Part shown: piece after piece, positions 16,110 to 25,436 of the stretch
Layout: the number at the start of each line of letters is the position of its first letter
How positions within the stretch are numbered: position 1 is the stretch's first letter
Assembly (NCBI GenBank): GCA_035760685.1
Contig: DASTSM010000349.1
Span: 1 to 61,655, forward strand
Direction of reading: 5' to 3'
Source of the DNA: Gammaproteobacteria bacterium
GTDB lineage: Bacteria; Pseudomonadota; Gammaproteobacteria; Steroidobacterales; Rariloculaceae
Length of the DNA: 61,655 nt
The notes under the pieces: generated by a model
The model's database searches: none
Seen by the model: the letters and a program-made list of their open reading frames with translations, nothing else
What the model was told of the DNA's origin: nothing
Program-made: the position numbers and the translations under genes

Positions 16110-17390
16110 ATGACGAAGAACATCGTGCTCTGCTGCGACGGGACGGGCAACGAGATCGAGCGCGACCTCTCGAACGTCCTGAAGCTCTTTCGCATCGTCC
16201 GGAAGAACGACGAGCAGATCGTCTACTACCACCCGGGCGTCGGGACGTTGAGCAGCGACGATGCCTGGTCGCACTTCAAGAACAATTTCTATCTCGTTCT
16301 CGGGCTCGTCACGGGATACGGCCTCGATGCCAACGTGCTGGACGCATACCGCTTTCTCGTCGACCACTACGAGGACGGCGATCGAATCTACTTGTTCGGC
16401 TTCAGCCGCGGCGCGTACACGGTCCGCGTGCTGGCCGGCTTCCTCCATCTCGTGGGGCTCGTGAAGCCGGCGCAGCGCAACCTTAGCGACTACGCGTTGA
16501 CGGCCTACAAGAGGGCCGCGGCGAAGGACGACTTCAAGATCGCGTGGCGCTTCGAGCGCGTCATGACGACGCGGCGAGTTCCGATCAGATTCATCGGCGT
16601 TTGGGATACGGTGAGCTCCGTCATCGTGCCTCGGCCGGACCGGTTCTATATCCCGAGCCTCGAGGAGCTGCCGTATACGAAGACGAATCCGTCGGTCGAA
16701 GTCTTCCGGCACGCCCTCGCGATCGACGAGCGAAGGCGCATGTTTCGGGCGAACCTCTGGCGCGAGCCTCAGGAGTTCAAGCCGAATCCTTTCGGGGACG
16801 CGCGGCCGCAGGACGTCGAGCAGGTCTGGTTCGCGGGCGTGCACTCCGACGTCGGCGGCGGCTACGCGGAGGAGGAGAGCGGGGCCGCAAAGTATCCGCT
16901 CGCGTGGATCCTCGACGAGGCCGTCGAGCACGGCCTCGCGATCAACCGCGCGATGTACAACCATCTCGTGCTCGGCAAGCCGCGGAAGGGCGGGACGCGG
17001 ACCTATGCGGCGCCGAGCCCGACTGCGAAGCTGCACGACTCCATGAATTGGGGATGGCGGATCCTCGAGTGGCTGCCGAAGCGCGCGACCCGGAAGGAGT
17101 GGCCCGAGCGCCGGTCGTTTCTCGGCTTCTACTTGCCGCGGAGCGAGCCTCGGCCGATCGAGGCCGGTGCGCTCGTCCACTATTCGGTCGCCGAGCGGCA
17201 AAATCTCGATCCGAGCTACGCGCCGATCAACCTGCCGCCGCTCGAGCGCGTCACGATCGAAGGTTCGGGTCCCGGCCTCCGCGACGGCGGGGCCGACGCC
17301 GCGGATGATGCCGACGTTGCGGATGACGCCGACGCCGACGATGACGCCCTCGCCGGCGCCGACGACGGCGCCGACGAGGAGCTCACCTAA
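16110..17390 (+). CDS. DUF2235 (Tle1-like alpha/beta hydrolase) domain protein with a poly-acidic C-terminal tail
   Basis: From the internal ATG at 16110: MTKNIVLCCDGTGNE, YYHPGVGT, a GxSxG nucleophile elbow (GFSRGAYTVR), VWDTVSSV and WFAGVHSDVGGGY. The tail is DGGADAADDADVADDADADDDALAGADDGADEE. Confidence 0.8.
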   Translation: MTKNIVLCCDGTGNEIERDLSNVLKLFRIVRKNDEQIVYYHPGVGTLSSDDAWSHFKNNFYLVLGLVTGYGLDANVLDAYRFLVDHYEDGDRIYLFGFSRGAYTVRVLAGFLHLVGLVKPAQRNLSDYALTAYKRAAAKDDFKIAWRFERVMTTRRVPIRFIGVWDTVSSVIVPRPDRFYIPSLEELPYTKTNPSVEVFRHALAIDERRRMFRANLWREPQEFKPNPFGDARPQDVEQVWFAGVHSDVGGGYAEEESGAAKYPLAWILDEAVEHGLAINRAMYNHLVLGKPRKGGTRTYAAPSPTAKLHDSMNWGWRILEWLPKRATRKEWPERRSFLGFYLPRSEPRPIEAGALVHYSVAERQNLDPSYAPINLPPLERVTIEGSGPGLRDGGADAADDADVADDADADDDALAGADDGADEELT

Positions 17391-17413
17391 GCGGACGACG
17401 GGCCGAGCCGCCG

Positions 17414-20400
17414 TTAGAAGTGAAACCTCACGCCCGCGTTGTACACCCTGCCGAGCTGATCGAACTGGCTGCCGAGCGTGTAGCTCGTGCCGCCCGTCGT
17501 GCCGCTGATCGCGCCCGGAGTCAGCGGGGGCTTGTTGTCGAAGACGTTGCCGACGTAAAGGAATGCCTCGCCGTCGCCGCTGCCGTAATCGAAGTCGTAT
17601 GACAGATCGAGGTTCGAGTACATGACGGATTCGACGCGGTTGTTGTCGATGTCGATTCCGGAGACCCAGTTGACGTCGCGCACGCTGCTGCCGATGTAAC
17701 GCGTCTGCCAGTAAATGCTGAAGGGACCGTTGCGGTACTCGATGCTGCCGGTTCCGAGCCACTCGGGATAGTCGCGCTGGCCCGCGAGGTCGAGCTTCGG
17801 CTCGCCCGGCAGCTGCGACGAGACCTCGCCGAGATAGTTGGCGAAGCCCCGGATCGAGATCGACTCGTTCCCGCCGCCGAACATGCGCACCGGCCGCCGA
17901 TAGCCGAGCTCGACGTCGACTCCCTTCGTATGAGCCTCCGCGACGTTGATGAACGCGTCGTAGATCTGCACGATCGTCGGCACGGGGCCTTGGCTGCGGA
18001 TCAGCAAATCGCAGAGGCTTTGCGCGCCCGCGAAGCAGCGGTCCACGATGTCCTGCGGCTCGAGCTGATCGATCGCGTCCTGGATCGCGATGTCGTAGGT
18101 ATCGACGGACAGGCTGAGGCCCTCGACGCGCGCCGACTGGTAGACGACGCCGAACGTCACGGTGTCCGCGAGCTCCGGACCGATATTCGGGTTGCCGCCG
18201 ACCGTCGTCGCGGCGATGTACGGCTCGAGCTGCGGCGTCAAGGGATCGTCGATCAAAGACCCCGCGGTCTGCGTGTCGAACCGCTCGGACAGCGTGCCCG
18301 CGCGCGTGTCGCGCGAGACGGTGCCGCGGAGCCGCACCTGCCGGTTGGCCTGCCAGTCGAGGCCGAGCTTCGCGGCCCAGACGCCGCCGCTGCCGGAGTA
18401 GTCTGCGTAACGAACGGCCGTGTGCAAGTCGAGCGAGCGGTTCGCCGAGCCCTTCGTGATCGGCACGATCGATTCGGCGAAGACCTCCCAGACGTCGAAG
18501 TCGCCTTGAATCGGTCCTTCGTTGTTCGGGTTGCCCGTGTAGAACACGCCCCGGTCCTTGATGAAGGCTGGGACGCCGCGGATCCCGATCTCCTCTCCGA
18601 AGACGCCGTAGTCGGACGGCCGCTCGCCCGCGTCCGAGCCTTCGCCGAAGGCATCCTGAAAGATCGACTCCTGGCGATAGGCGACGCCCGTGCCGAACGA
18701 GATCGGCCGGCCGCGGCTCTCGGCGAGCTCCCTCTGGATCGTGAGCTCGAAGACGTCCTGCTTGACGGTCTGCTTGTGATAGACGCCGCCCGTGACGTAT
18801 TCCTTGACCTCGGGCGCCATGTGCGTCGCGAACGGGTCGAGCGGCACGCACTCGCTGTTGCTCGTCGGATCGGCATAAATCACGAACCCGAACGGATTCA
18901 GCTTCGTCGTCGCGGCGTCCTGCTCGGGCGTTTGGCCGATGCCCGCGATGTTCGCGCGGCAGACGATGCGTCCCGTCGCGGGATCGACGGCTGCGTCGAG
19001 CGCACGGTAGAAGCGGTCGGTGCGCACGAGCTCGCCGTTCGCCGAGTAGTCGGCATGCTGCACGTTCTCGCCGTGCTGGTAGTAGCTGCTCAAGCTCCAC
19101 TTGCCCGCTTCGGCGTCCGCCCCGATCGTGACCGACGTCGTGTCGTTGTCGACGCGCCGGGACGGGGCGAGATCCTCGAAGACCCGCGCGAACGGCACCG
19201 ACGTCACGCCGGCGTCCGTCATGCTCTGCACGACCGACTGCGGCAGGAACGGATTGTCGATGAACAGCGTCGTCGACCAGGGCAGGGCGAAGCCCGTCGG
19301 CGCGGGCGGGGACTCGACGGAGTGAAAGCCCTTGAGGACTTGCACGAAGCCTTGCACGTTGTCGCTGAAATCGTACGTCGCATGCGCGAACACGCTGTGC
19401 CGCTGCTCTTCGGGGCGGATCGCGCCGTAGAGCTGGGTGTAGTTGACGCAGCCGCCGCCGATCTGGCGCGACCCCGAGACGATCTCTCCGCGCGGCAGCG
19501 CGGTCGGCACCCCGTCGATGAACTGCGTGCCTCCGAGCGGTCCCGACGGAATGATGCCGCCGAAGGTCACGCCGCGCGAGCAGCCCGGCTCCGCGATGAT
19601 GCGGGCCGGGACGCTGCCCGCCGGCATCGCGAGCTCCGTCCAGCCTCGGAACCAGTCGCGGTCCTGAAAGCCCACGACGGGATCCGCCGTGAAGTAGTCG
19701 GCCGACGCGATGATGTGCGCGCGCTCCCCGATGTCGGCGCCGCCCGCGATCTCGAACTGATAGTTGTCGTGATCCCCGCGATCGCTCGAGCCGCCCTGGA
19801 GCGTCGCTTCGACGCCCCGATAGTCCGTGTCGAGGATGAAGTTCGCGACGCCGCTGACCGCGTCCGAGCCGTACGCGGCCGATGCGCCGCCCGTCACGAC
19901 CTCGACGCGCCTCACGAGCGCTTGCGGGAATACCGCGATGTCGGCGACGCCGCGCTGCGAGCTGCCGACGACGCGCCGGCCGTCGAGCAGCACGAGCGTG
20001 CGGCTCGTGCCGAGGCCGCGCAGATTCAGCGAGTTCTCGCCGGCCGTGTCGAAGATGCTGCCCGTGTAGGAGAGATCGTTGGCGCGGAATTGCGGCAGCT
20101 GCGATAGTGCATCCATGATGAGCGTCGGCGCCATCTTCGCCATCTCGTCCGAGGCGACGGCGGTGACCGGCGTCGGCGTCGACATGCCGTCGCGGCGCAG
20201 CCGCGAGCCCGTGACCTGAACTTCCTCGATCGGGCCCGCGTTCGCGGCGCTCTGCTGCGCGTTCGCCGGCCCCCCGCTTGCGGCCGTCAGCGCAAGGAGG
20301 CAGGCCCCTCCGATGCCCAAGGTCTTCCGGCCGCTCGCCGAGTCGATGCGCGGCCACCCCGTCCGCCGCGTCCGCCCGTCCGACAGCACCCCTTCTGCTC

Positions 20401-20434
20401 TAGACCCAAAGCGGTTCCGATCATGTGCTCGCAT
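17414..20434 (-). CDS. TonB-dependent outer-membrane receptor
   Basis: From the internal ATG at 20434. Signal peptide ending ..GPANA|QQ. Plug region (IEEVQVTGSRLRRDG..TPVTAV). Long beta-barrel with a terminal aromatic residue (...YNAGVRFHF). Confidence 0.9.
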   Translation of the reverse strand: MRAHDRNRFGSRAEGVLSDGRTRRTGWPRIDSASGRKTLGIGGACLLALTAASGGPANAQQSAANAGPIEEVQVTGSRLRRDGMSTPTPVTAVASDEMAKMAPTLIMDALSQLPQFRANDLSYTGSIFDTAGENSLNLRGLGTSRTLVLLDGRRVVGSSQRGVADIAVFPQALVRRVEVVTGGASAAYGSDAVSGVANFILDTDYRGVEATLQGGSSDRGDHDNYQFEIAGGADIGERAHIIASADYFTADPVVGFQDRDWFRGWTELAMPAGSVPARIIAEPGCSRGVTFGGIIPSGPLGGTQFIDGVPTALPRGEIVSGSRQIGGGCVNYTQLYGAIRPEEQRHSVFAHATYDFSDNVQGFVQVLKGFHSVESPPAPTGFALPWSTTLFIDNPFLPQSVVQSMTDAGVTSVPFARVFEDLAPSRRVDNDTTSVTIGADAEAGKWSLSSYYQHGENVQHADYSANGELVRTDRFYRALDAAVDPATGRIVCRANIAGIGQTPEQDAATTKLNPFGFVIYADPTSNSECVPLDPFATHMAPEVKEYVTGGVYHKQTVKQDVFELTIQRELAESRGRPISFGTGVAYRQESIFQDAFGEGSDAGERPSDYGVFGEEIGIRGVPAFIKDRGVFYTGNPNNEGPIQGDFDVWEVFAESIVPITKGSANRSLDLHTAVRYADYSGSGGVWAAKLGLDWQANRQVRLRGTVSRDTRAGTLSERFDTQTAGSLIDDPLTPQLEPYIAATTVGGNPNIGPELADTVTFGVVYQSARVEGLSLSVDTYDIAIQDAIDQLEPQDIVDRCFAGAQSLCDLLIRSQGPVPTIVQIYDAFINVAEAHTKGVDVELGYRRPVRMFGGGNESISIRGFANYLGEVSSQLPGEPKLDLAGQRDYPEWLGTGSIEYRNGPFSIYWQTRYIGSSVRDVNWVSGIDIDNNRVESVMYSNLDLSYDFDYGSGDGEAFLYVGNVFDNKPPLTPGAISGTTGGTSYTLGSQFDQLGRVYNAGVRFHF

Positions 20435-20654
20435 GTGATTCCCCCTTTTCTTTTTTGACGTCATCGAAGCCGCGATGCGCCGACGGCGCACCGATGCTCG
20501 AATGGCCACTTGTCGTTTTTCGCCTCCCGCCGGACCAAAGCCGGTCACCCCTGATGAAGGAGATACTGTACGACTACAGAAATGAGGACAACCGCAAAAT
20601 GCGAGTTACGGGGAAAGTACTAAGGGCGGGGAGACGCGGGGAAGTGCTAAGTAC

Positions 20655-20682
20655 TGAAAAGGGAGCGCGACACGCGCCCCTT
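20655..20682 (-). terminator. Intrinsic terminator after the RND pump gene
   Basis: The minus strand reads GGGGCGCG-TGT-CGCGCTCC followed by CTTTTCAG. This is an 8-bp GC stem with one G-U pair, a 3-nt loop and a short T-run. It begins 12 nt after the TAG stop at 20694-20696. Confidence 0.55.
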
Positions 20683-20693
20683 GACGGACGCGG

Positions 20694-23600
20694 CTAGGCC
20701 TCGCTCCCCGCTATGACCTGCGGAGCCGCAGCCTTGGGGACGCGCCGCACGACGCGCTGTCCGATGCGGTCGAGGTAGACGTAAATCACGGGCGTGATGT
20801 AGAGGGTCAGCAGCTGCGAGAGCAGGAGTCCGCCCGCGACGCAGAGCCCTAAGGGCCGGCGCGAGTCGGCGCCCATGCCCGTGCCGAACGCGATCGGCAG
20901 CGTGCCCATCATGGCGGCCATCGTCGTCATCATGATCGGGCGGAAGCGGATGACGGCGGCCTCGTAGACCGCGTGCTCCGGCGTCACGTTCGCGTCGCCG
21001 CGCCGCTTCTGGAGCGCGAAGTCGATCATCATGATCGCGTTCTTCTTCACGATGCCGATGAGCATCATCATGCCGACGAATGCATAAAGCGTCAGGGGCA
21101 GGCCCGCGATGTAGAGCGTGAGCAGCGCGCCCACGGCCGCGGACGGGAGGCCGGACAAGATCGTCAGGGGGTGGATGAAGCTCTCGTAGAGAATGCCGAG
21201 GACGATGTAGACGACGAGCACCGCCACGAAGAGCAGCACGCCCATGTTCTGGGTCGCCGTCTGGAACGCGCCGGCCGTGCCTTGGAAGCTGCCGGCGATC
21301 GTGGCGGGCACGCCGATCTCGCGGCTCGCCGCCTGAATGCCCGCGACCGCGTCGCTGAGCGCGTAGCCTTGCGCGAGGTCGAACGAGATCGTGATGGCCG
21401 GAATCGAGCCCGAGTGATTCACGCTGATCGGGATCGTGCTCGTCGCGGCCTTCGTCACGGCGCTGAGCGGCACGAGCTTGCCGTTGCTCGACGTGATGTA
21501 GAGCGTCTTGAGCGAAGCCGCGTTGCGCTGGAATTCGGGCAAGAGCTCGAGGATCACGAGGTACTGGTCGTTCGAGGCATAAATCTGCGAAACCTGCTGC
21601 CCGCCGAACGCGTAGCCCATCGCGGCCTCGATCTGCGCGGGCGTCACGCCGAGCGCGGCCGCACGGTCGCGGTCGATCTGAACCTCGAGCGACGGCGCCG
21701 CGCGGTCGAAGTCGCTGTTGACGCCGACGAATCCCGGCATCGTGTCGAGCTTCTGGACGAGCTTGTCCGATACCTCCTGGAGCTGCTTCAGGTCGAGGCC
21801 CTGCAGGGTGTACTGGTAGCTCGAGCGGGAGCTCCGGCCGCCGATCCTGATCGAGGGCGGATTCGTGATGAACACGTTGATGCCGGTCATGTTGGAGAGC
21901 TTCTGGCGGAGCTCCCGCGATACCTCCTCCGCCGAGAGCGCGCGCTCGGAGAGGGGCTTCAGCATGATGCGGACGTTCGCGCTGTTCGCGCCGGCGCCGT
22001 TCGATCCGACCTGGAGCATCGCGCCCTCGACGTTCGGATCGGCATTCACGACGTCGGCCACGCGTCTGCCGTACTCGACCATGCGCTCGTAGGACGTGCC
22101 GTTCGCGGCCTGCACGTTGATGCCGAGCATGCCCACGTCGTCGGCCGGCAGGAAGTCCTGCTGCATGATCATGAAGAGGCCGACGCTCGCGGCCACGCTC
22201 GCGCCGAAGAGGCCCAAGATGAACGGCTTGTGCCGCAGGCTCCAGAGAAGGCTTCGGTGGTAGGCGTCCTGCATCCGATTGAACGCACTCTCGCTCATGC
22301 GGTAGAAGACGTTGTGCTTGCGGCCATGCTCGCCCTTCAGGGCGCGCGCGCAGAGCATCGGCGTCAGCGTGACCGACACGATGCCGGAGAAGAGCACGGC
22401 GATCATGATCGTCACCGCGAACTCGTGCAGCAGCCGCCCGACGATACCGCTCATGAAAACGATCGGGATGAACACGGCCGCGAGCGAGATCGTCATCGAG
22501 AGGATCGTGAAGCCGATCTCGCGCGAGCCCTTCACGGCGGCCTCGTACGGTTTCTCGCCGCGCTCGATGTGGCGCACGATGTTCTCGAGCATCACGATCG
22601 CGTCGTCGACGACGAAGCCGACGGAGAGCGTCAGCGCCATGAGCGAGAGGTTGTCCAAGTTGTAACCGAGCGCGGACATGCCGGCGAAGGTTCCGATGAC
22701 GGCGATCGGCAGCGCGAGGGACGGGATGATCGTCGCCGACAAGCGCCGCAGGAAGACGAAAATCACGAGCACGACGAGCGTGCCCGCGATCAACAGCGTC
22801 TTCTGCACCTCGTTGACCGACTCGCGGATCGACTCGCTGCGGTCGTGGCGTATCTCGAGATCGATGCCGGCCGGAAGCGACGCCTGGAAGCGCGGCAGCA
22901 CGGCCTTGATCTCGTCCACGACGTCGATCGTGTTCGCGCCCGGCTGGCGCAGGATCGCGACCGTGATCGCGCGCTCGTCGCGCCACCAATTGCCCTGCCG
23001 CACGCTCTCGACGCTGTCGACGACCCTCGCGACGTCGCCCATGCGCACGGGTGCGCCGTTGCGGTACGCGATGATCTGCCGGCGAAACGCGTCCGCGCTG
23101 TGCAGCTGCCCCTCGGTGTGGATGATCTTGGCCTCGTCGAATCCGTTCAGCGCCCCCGTCGCCTGGTTCACGTTCGCGGACTGCGCGGCCGAGGCGAGCT
23201 CGTCGATGCCGATATTGCGCGCGGCGAGCTGCGCCGGGTCGGCCTGGATGCGCACGGCGTAGTGCGCCGCGCCGAACACGTTGACCTGGGCGACGCCGTC
23301 GAGCGTCGACAGCTGGCGCGCGAGCAGCGTTTCGGCGTAGCGGTCGACGGTCGTGAGCGGCAGCGTCTTCGACGACAGCGCGAGATAGAGAATCGGCGAG
23401 TCGGCGGGGTTCTCCTTGCGGAAGGTCGGCGGGTTCACCATCGTCTTCGGCAGGCGCCGCGTCGCTTCGGAGATCGCGGCTTGCACGTCCTGGGCCGCCG
23501 CGTCGATGTTGCGGTTGAGCTTGAATTGCAGCGTGATGTTCGTCGAGCCCTGACCGCTCGAGGACGTCATCGAATCGATGCCGGGCACCGTCGAGAACAC

Positions 23601-23807
23601 GTTCTCGAGCGGCGCGGCGACGGCGGAAGCCATCGTCTCGGGGTCCGCTCCCGCGAGGCTTGCCTGCACCTCGATCGTCGGGAAGTCGACGTTCGGCAGC
23701 TCGCTGACGGGCAGCGTGAAGTAGCCGACGACGCCGAAGATCACGATGGCCGCCATGACGAGCGTCGTCATGACGGGATAATCGATGAAGCGGCGGGAGG
23801 CGTTCAT
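20694..23807 (-). CDS. Efflux RND transporter permease subunit (HAE1, AcrB/MdtB/MdtC-like)
   Basis: 1037 aa from the internal ATG at 23807: MNASRRFIDYPVMTTLVMAAIVIFG. It has a 12-TM plus two large periplasmic loop layout. Motifs include LSLMALTLSVGFVVDDAIVMLENI and GMMMLIGIVKKNAIMMIDFA. Confidence 0.92.
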   Translation of the reverse strand: MNASRRFIDYPVMTTLVMAAIVIFGVVGYFTLPVSELPNVDFPTIEVQASLAGADPETMASAVAAPLENVFSTVPGIDSMTSSSGQGSTNITLQFKLNRNIDAAAQDVQAAISEATRRLPKTMVNPPTFRKENPADSPILYLALSSKTLPLTTVDRYAETLLARQLSTLDGVAQVNVFGAAHYAVRIQADPAQLAARNIGIDELASAAQSANVNQATGALNGFDEAKIIHTEGQLHSADAFRRQIIAYRNGAPVRMGDVARVVDSVESVRQGNWWRDERAITVAILRQPGANTIDVVDEIKAVLPRFQASLPAGIDLEIRHDRSESIRESVNEVQKTLLIAGTLVVLVIFVFLRRLSATIIPSLALPIAVIGTFAGMSALGYNLDNLSLMALTLSVGFVVDDAIVMLENIVRHIERGEKPYEAAVKGSREIGFTILSMTISLAAVFIPIVFMSGIVGRLLHEFAVTIMIAVLFSGIVSVTLTPMLCARALKGEHGRKHNVFYRMSESAFNRMQDAYHRSLLWSLRHKPFILGLFGASVAASVGLFMIMQQDFLPADDVGMLGINVQAANGTSYERMVEYGRRVADVVNADPNVEGAMLQVGSNGAGANSANVRIMLKPLSERALSAEEVSRELRQKLSNMTGINVFITNPPSIRIGGRSSRSSYQYTLQGLDLKQLQEVSDKLVQKLDTMPGFVGVNSDFDRAAPSLEVQIDRDRAAALGVTPAQIEAAMGYAFGGQQVSQIYASNDQYLVILELLPEFQRNAASLKTLYITSSNGKLVPLSAVTKAATSTIPISVNHSGSIPAITISFDLAQGYALSDAVAGIQAASREIGVPATIAGSFQGTAGAFQTATQNMGVLLFVAVLVVYIVLGILYESFIHPLTILSGLPSAAVGALLTLYIAGLPLTLYAFVGMMMLIGIVKKNAIMMIDFALQKRRGDANVTPEHAVYEAAVIRFRPIMMTTMAAMMGTLPIAFGTGMGADSRRPLGLCVAGGLLLSQLLTLYITPVIYVYLDRIGQRVVRRVPKAAAPQVIAGSEA

Positions 23808-23817
23808 GCGCGAGGCC

Positions 23818-25041
23818 TCATTCGGCGGCGGTCGCCGAGACGTCCTCGACGGCCGTGCTCGTGACCGCGCGGGGCTGCTCGACGAATACGGCTGCGCCCG
23901 GCACGACGCGCAGCTGCCCATCGACGATGACTCGATCGCCGGGCGAGACGCCGCCCTCGATCGCGTCGTCCTTGCCGTCGTCGAAGAGCACCTTGACGCT
24001 CTTCTGCACGGCGTGGCTCTCGCCGTCGACGACGTAGACGAACAAGCCGTCCGGGCTCGTGTTGACCGCCTCGCGCGGCACGACGGTCGCGTTCGGGATC
24101 TTGCTGAGCTCGACGGTCACGTCGACGAGCTGGCCCGGCACGAGGGACGCGTCCTCGTTCGGAAACGTCGCACGCAGCTCGATCGTCCCGCTCGCGTCGT
24201 CGACATGGTTGCTGACGAAGTCGACGGGCGCCGAGAAGGCCTCGCCGCCCTCGTCGCTCTGGTCGATGGCGGCGACGAGGCCGCCGGCGCGGGCGCGGGC
24301 CTGAATTCGCGGCAGATCGGATTGCGGCAGCGAGAACGACACTTTGATCGGCCGCACCTGCGTGATCGTCACGAGCGGCGAGCTGCCGTTCGCCGCCACC
24401 GTGTTGCCGGGCTGCACGAGGATCGGCCCCGTCTTGCCGGCCACCGCGGCGCGGATCCGCGTGTAGTCGAGATTCAGCTGCGCGAGATCGACGGCGGCTT
24501 GGTCGGCCTCGATCGTCGCCGTGGCGCTCGCCGTGGCCGCGACCGCGGTGTCGAGCTCCTCGGGCGAGACCAGATGCTGCGCGGAGAGCGACCGCACGCG
24601 CTTCTCGCTGCTCTGCGCGTTCTTGAGCAGGGCCTCGTCCTTTGCGAGCTGGGCCCGCGCCTGCGCGAGCGCCGCCTGAAACGGCCGCGGATCGACCTGA
24701 AACAAGAGATCGCCCGTCTTCACGAACTGGCCTTCCGTGAAATGGGCCGAGTCGATCACGCCCTGGACGCGCGAAGTCACCTGGACCGTCGTGTTCGCGA
24801 CGACGGTGCCGATCGTGCGCTCGACGACCGGCATGTCGCGGCGCAGCGCGAGCGCCACCTGCACGGGGGCCGCCGTCGAAAGCGGACCGCGCTGCCCCGG
24901 CGCGCTGCCGGTGCCGCGATTCAGGTAGGCGAAGGAGGTGAGGACGACGACGAGCGCGGCGCCGCCGATCAGCCAGCCGAGCCCCCTCGAGCGTCGAGTC
25001 CTGACCGGCGCGGCCGGCGCGAAAATCTGTCGTTCTTCCAC
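23818..25041 (-). CDS. Efflux RND transporter periplasmic adaptor subunit (MFP)
   Basis: 407 aa with a GTG start. It has a membrane anchor, lipoyl/barrel motifs (VQVTSRVQGVI, GDLLFQVDPRPFQAAL) and an alpha-hairpin. It ends 10 nt upstream of the RND permease start. Confidence 0.88.
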   Translation of the reverse strand: MEERQIFAPAAPVRTRRSRGLGWLIGGAALVVVLTSFAYLNRGTGSAPGQRGPLSTAAPVQVALALRRDMPVVERTIGTVVANTTVQVTSRVQGVIDSAHFTEGQFVKTGDLLFQVDPRPFQAALAQARAQLAKDEALLKNAQSSEKRVRSLSAQHLVSPEELDTAVAATASATATIEADQAAVDLAQLNLDYTRIRAAVAGKTGPILVQPGNTVAANGSSPLVTITQVRPIKVSFSLPQSDLPRIQARARAGGLVAAIDQSDEGGEAFSAPVDFVSNHVDDASGTIELRATFPNEDASLVPGQLVDVTVELSKIPNATVVPREAVNTSPDGLFVYVVDGESHAVQKSVKVLFDDGKDDAIEGGVSPGDRVIVDGQLRVVPGAAVFVEQPRAVTSTAVEDVSATAAE

Positions 25042-25436
25042 GTGCTGGGCTCGTTCCTGAGCTCGGGGCTCGGCATCACTCGGCAGTATAGGGGCGTGCG
25101 GGCGGCAATGGACCCCATTCGGGAGCCGGCCGAGTCTGAAGTTTGGTCAAAACCGGCGATGACCCGCGCGGCGACAGGGGCGGCGAGCGAGATATTTTGC
25201 GCGTACGGCCGCCGACTGTAGAGTAGAGACGTCGCTCCTTCGACGCTTCGGGAAATGCGAAAGCCGAGTTTCTTTGCGCTCGCGCCGGCCGTCCTGCGGC
25301 GGTCTTCGCTCGGGGCGACGGCCCTCGGGCCGCGTCCTTCGGCCCCTCGCCTTAAGGCCCACGAGGGCTCGGGTTTCCTCCGCTCCGATGTCCGCAAACC
25401 CCTCGCGGCTCGATAGGATCGCGAGCCAAGACTTCG

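Noticed and set aside
16110-17390. Calling the DUF2235 protein a type VI secretion effector.
   Set aside because: No T6SS structural, adaptor or immunity genes are in the window. Only the fold family is supported.
20566-20579. The palindrome CTGTACGACTACAG upstream of the TonB-dependent receptor, considered as a LexA/SOS box.
   Set aside because: The spacing is CTGT-N6-ACAG, not the N8 of the E. coli-type box. There is no SOS gene context. It remains possible that another regulator binds here.
20435-20650. A possible riboswitch (for example cobalamin) or a Fur/Irr box in the ~215-nt AT-richer leader of the TonB-dependent receptor gene.
   Set aside because: By eye I found no B12-box-like core, no GATAATGATAATCATTATC-like Fur box and no TTTAGAA-N3-TTCTAAA ICE motif. 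A covariance-model scan (Rfam) would be needed to exclude structured RNAs.
25042-25436. A hidden small gene or RNA in the 395-nt gap between the RND adaptor and the VirJ-like gene.
   Set aside because: Only short, Arg-rich shadow ORFs are present, and I recognised no conserved RNA motif. A small hairpin (CTCGCG-N12-CGCGAG near 25405-25428) is not sufficient evidence.
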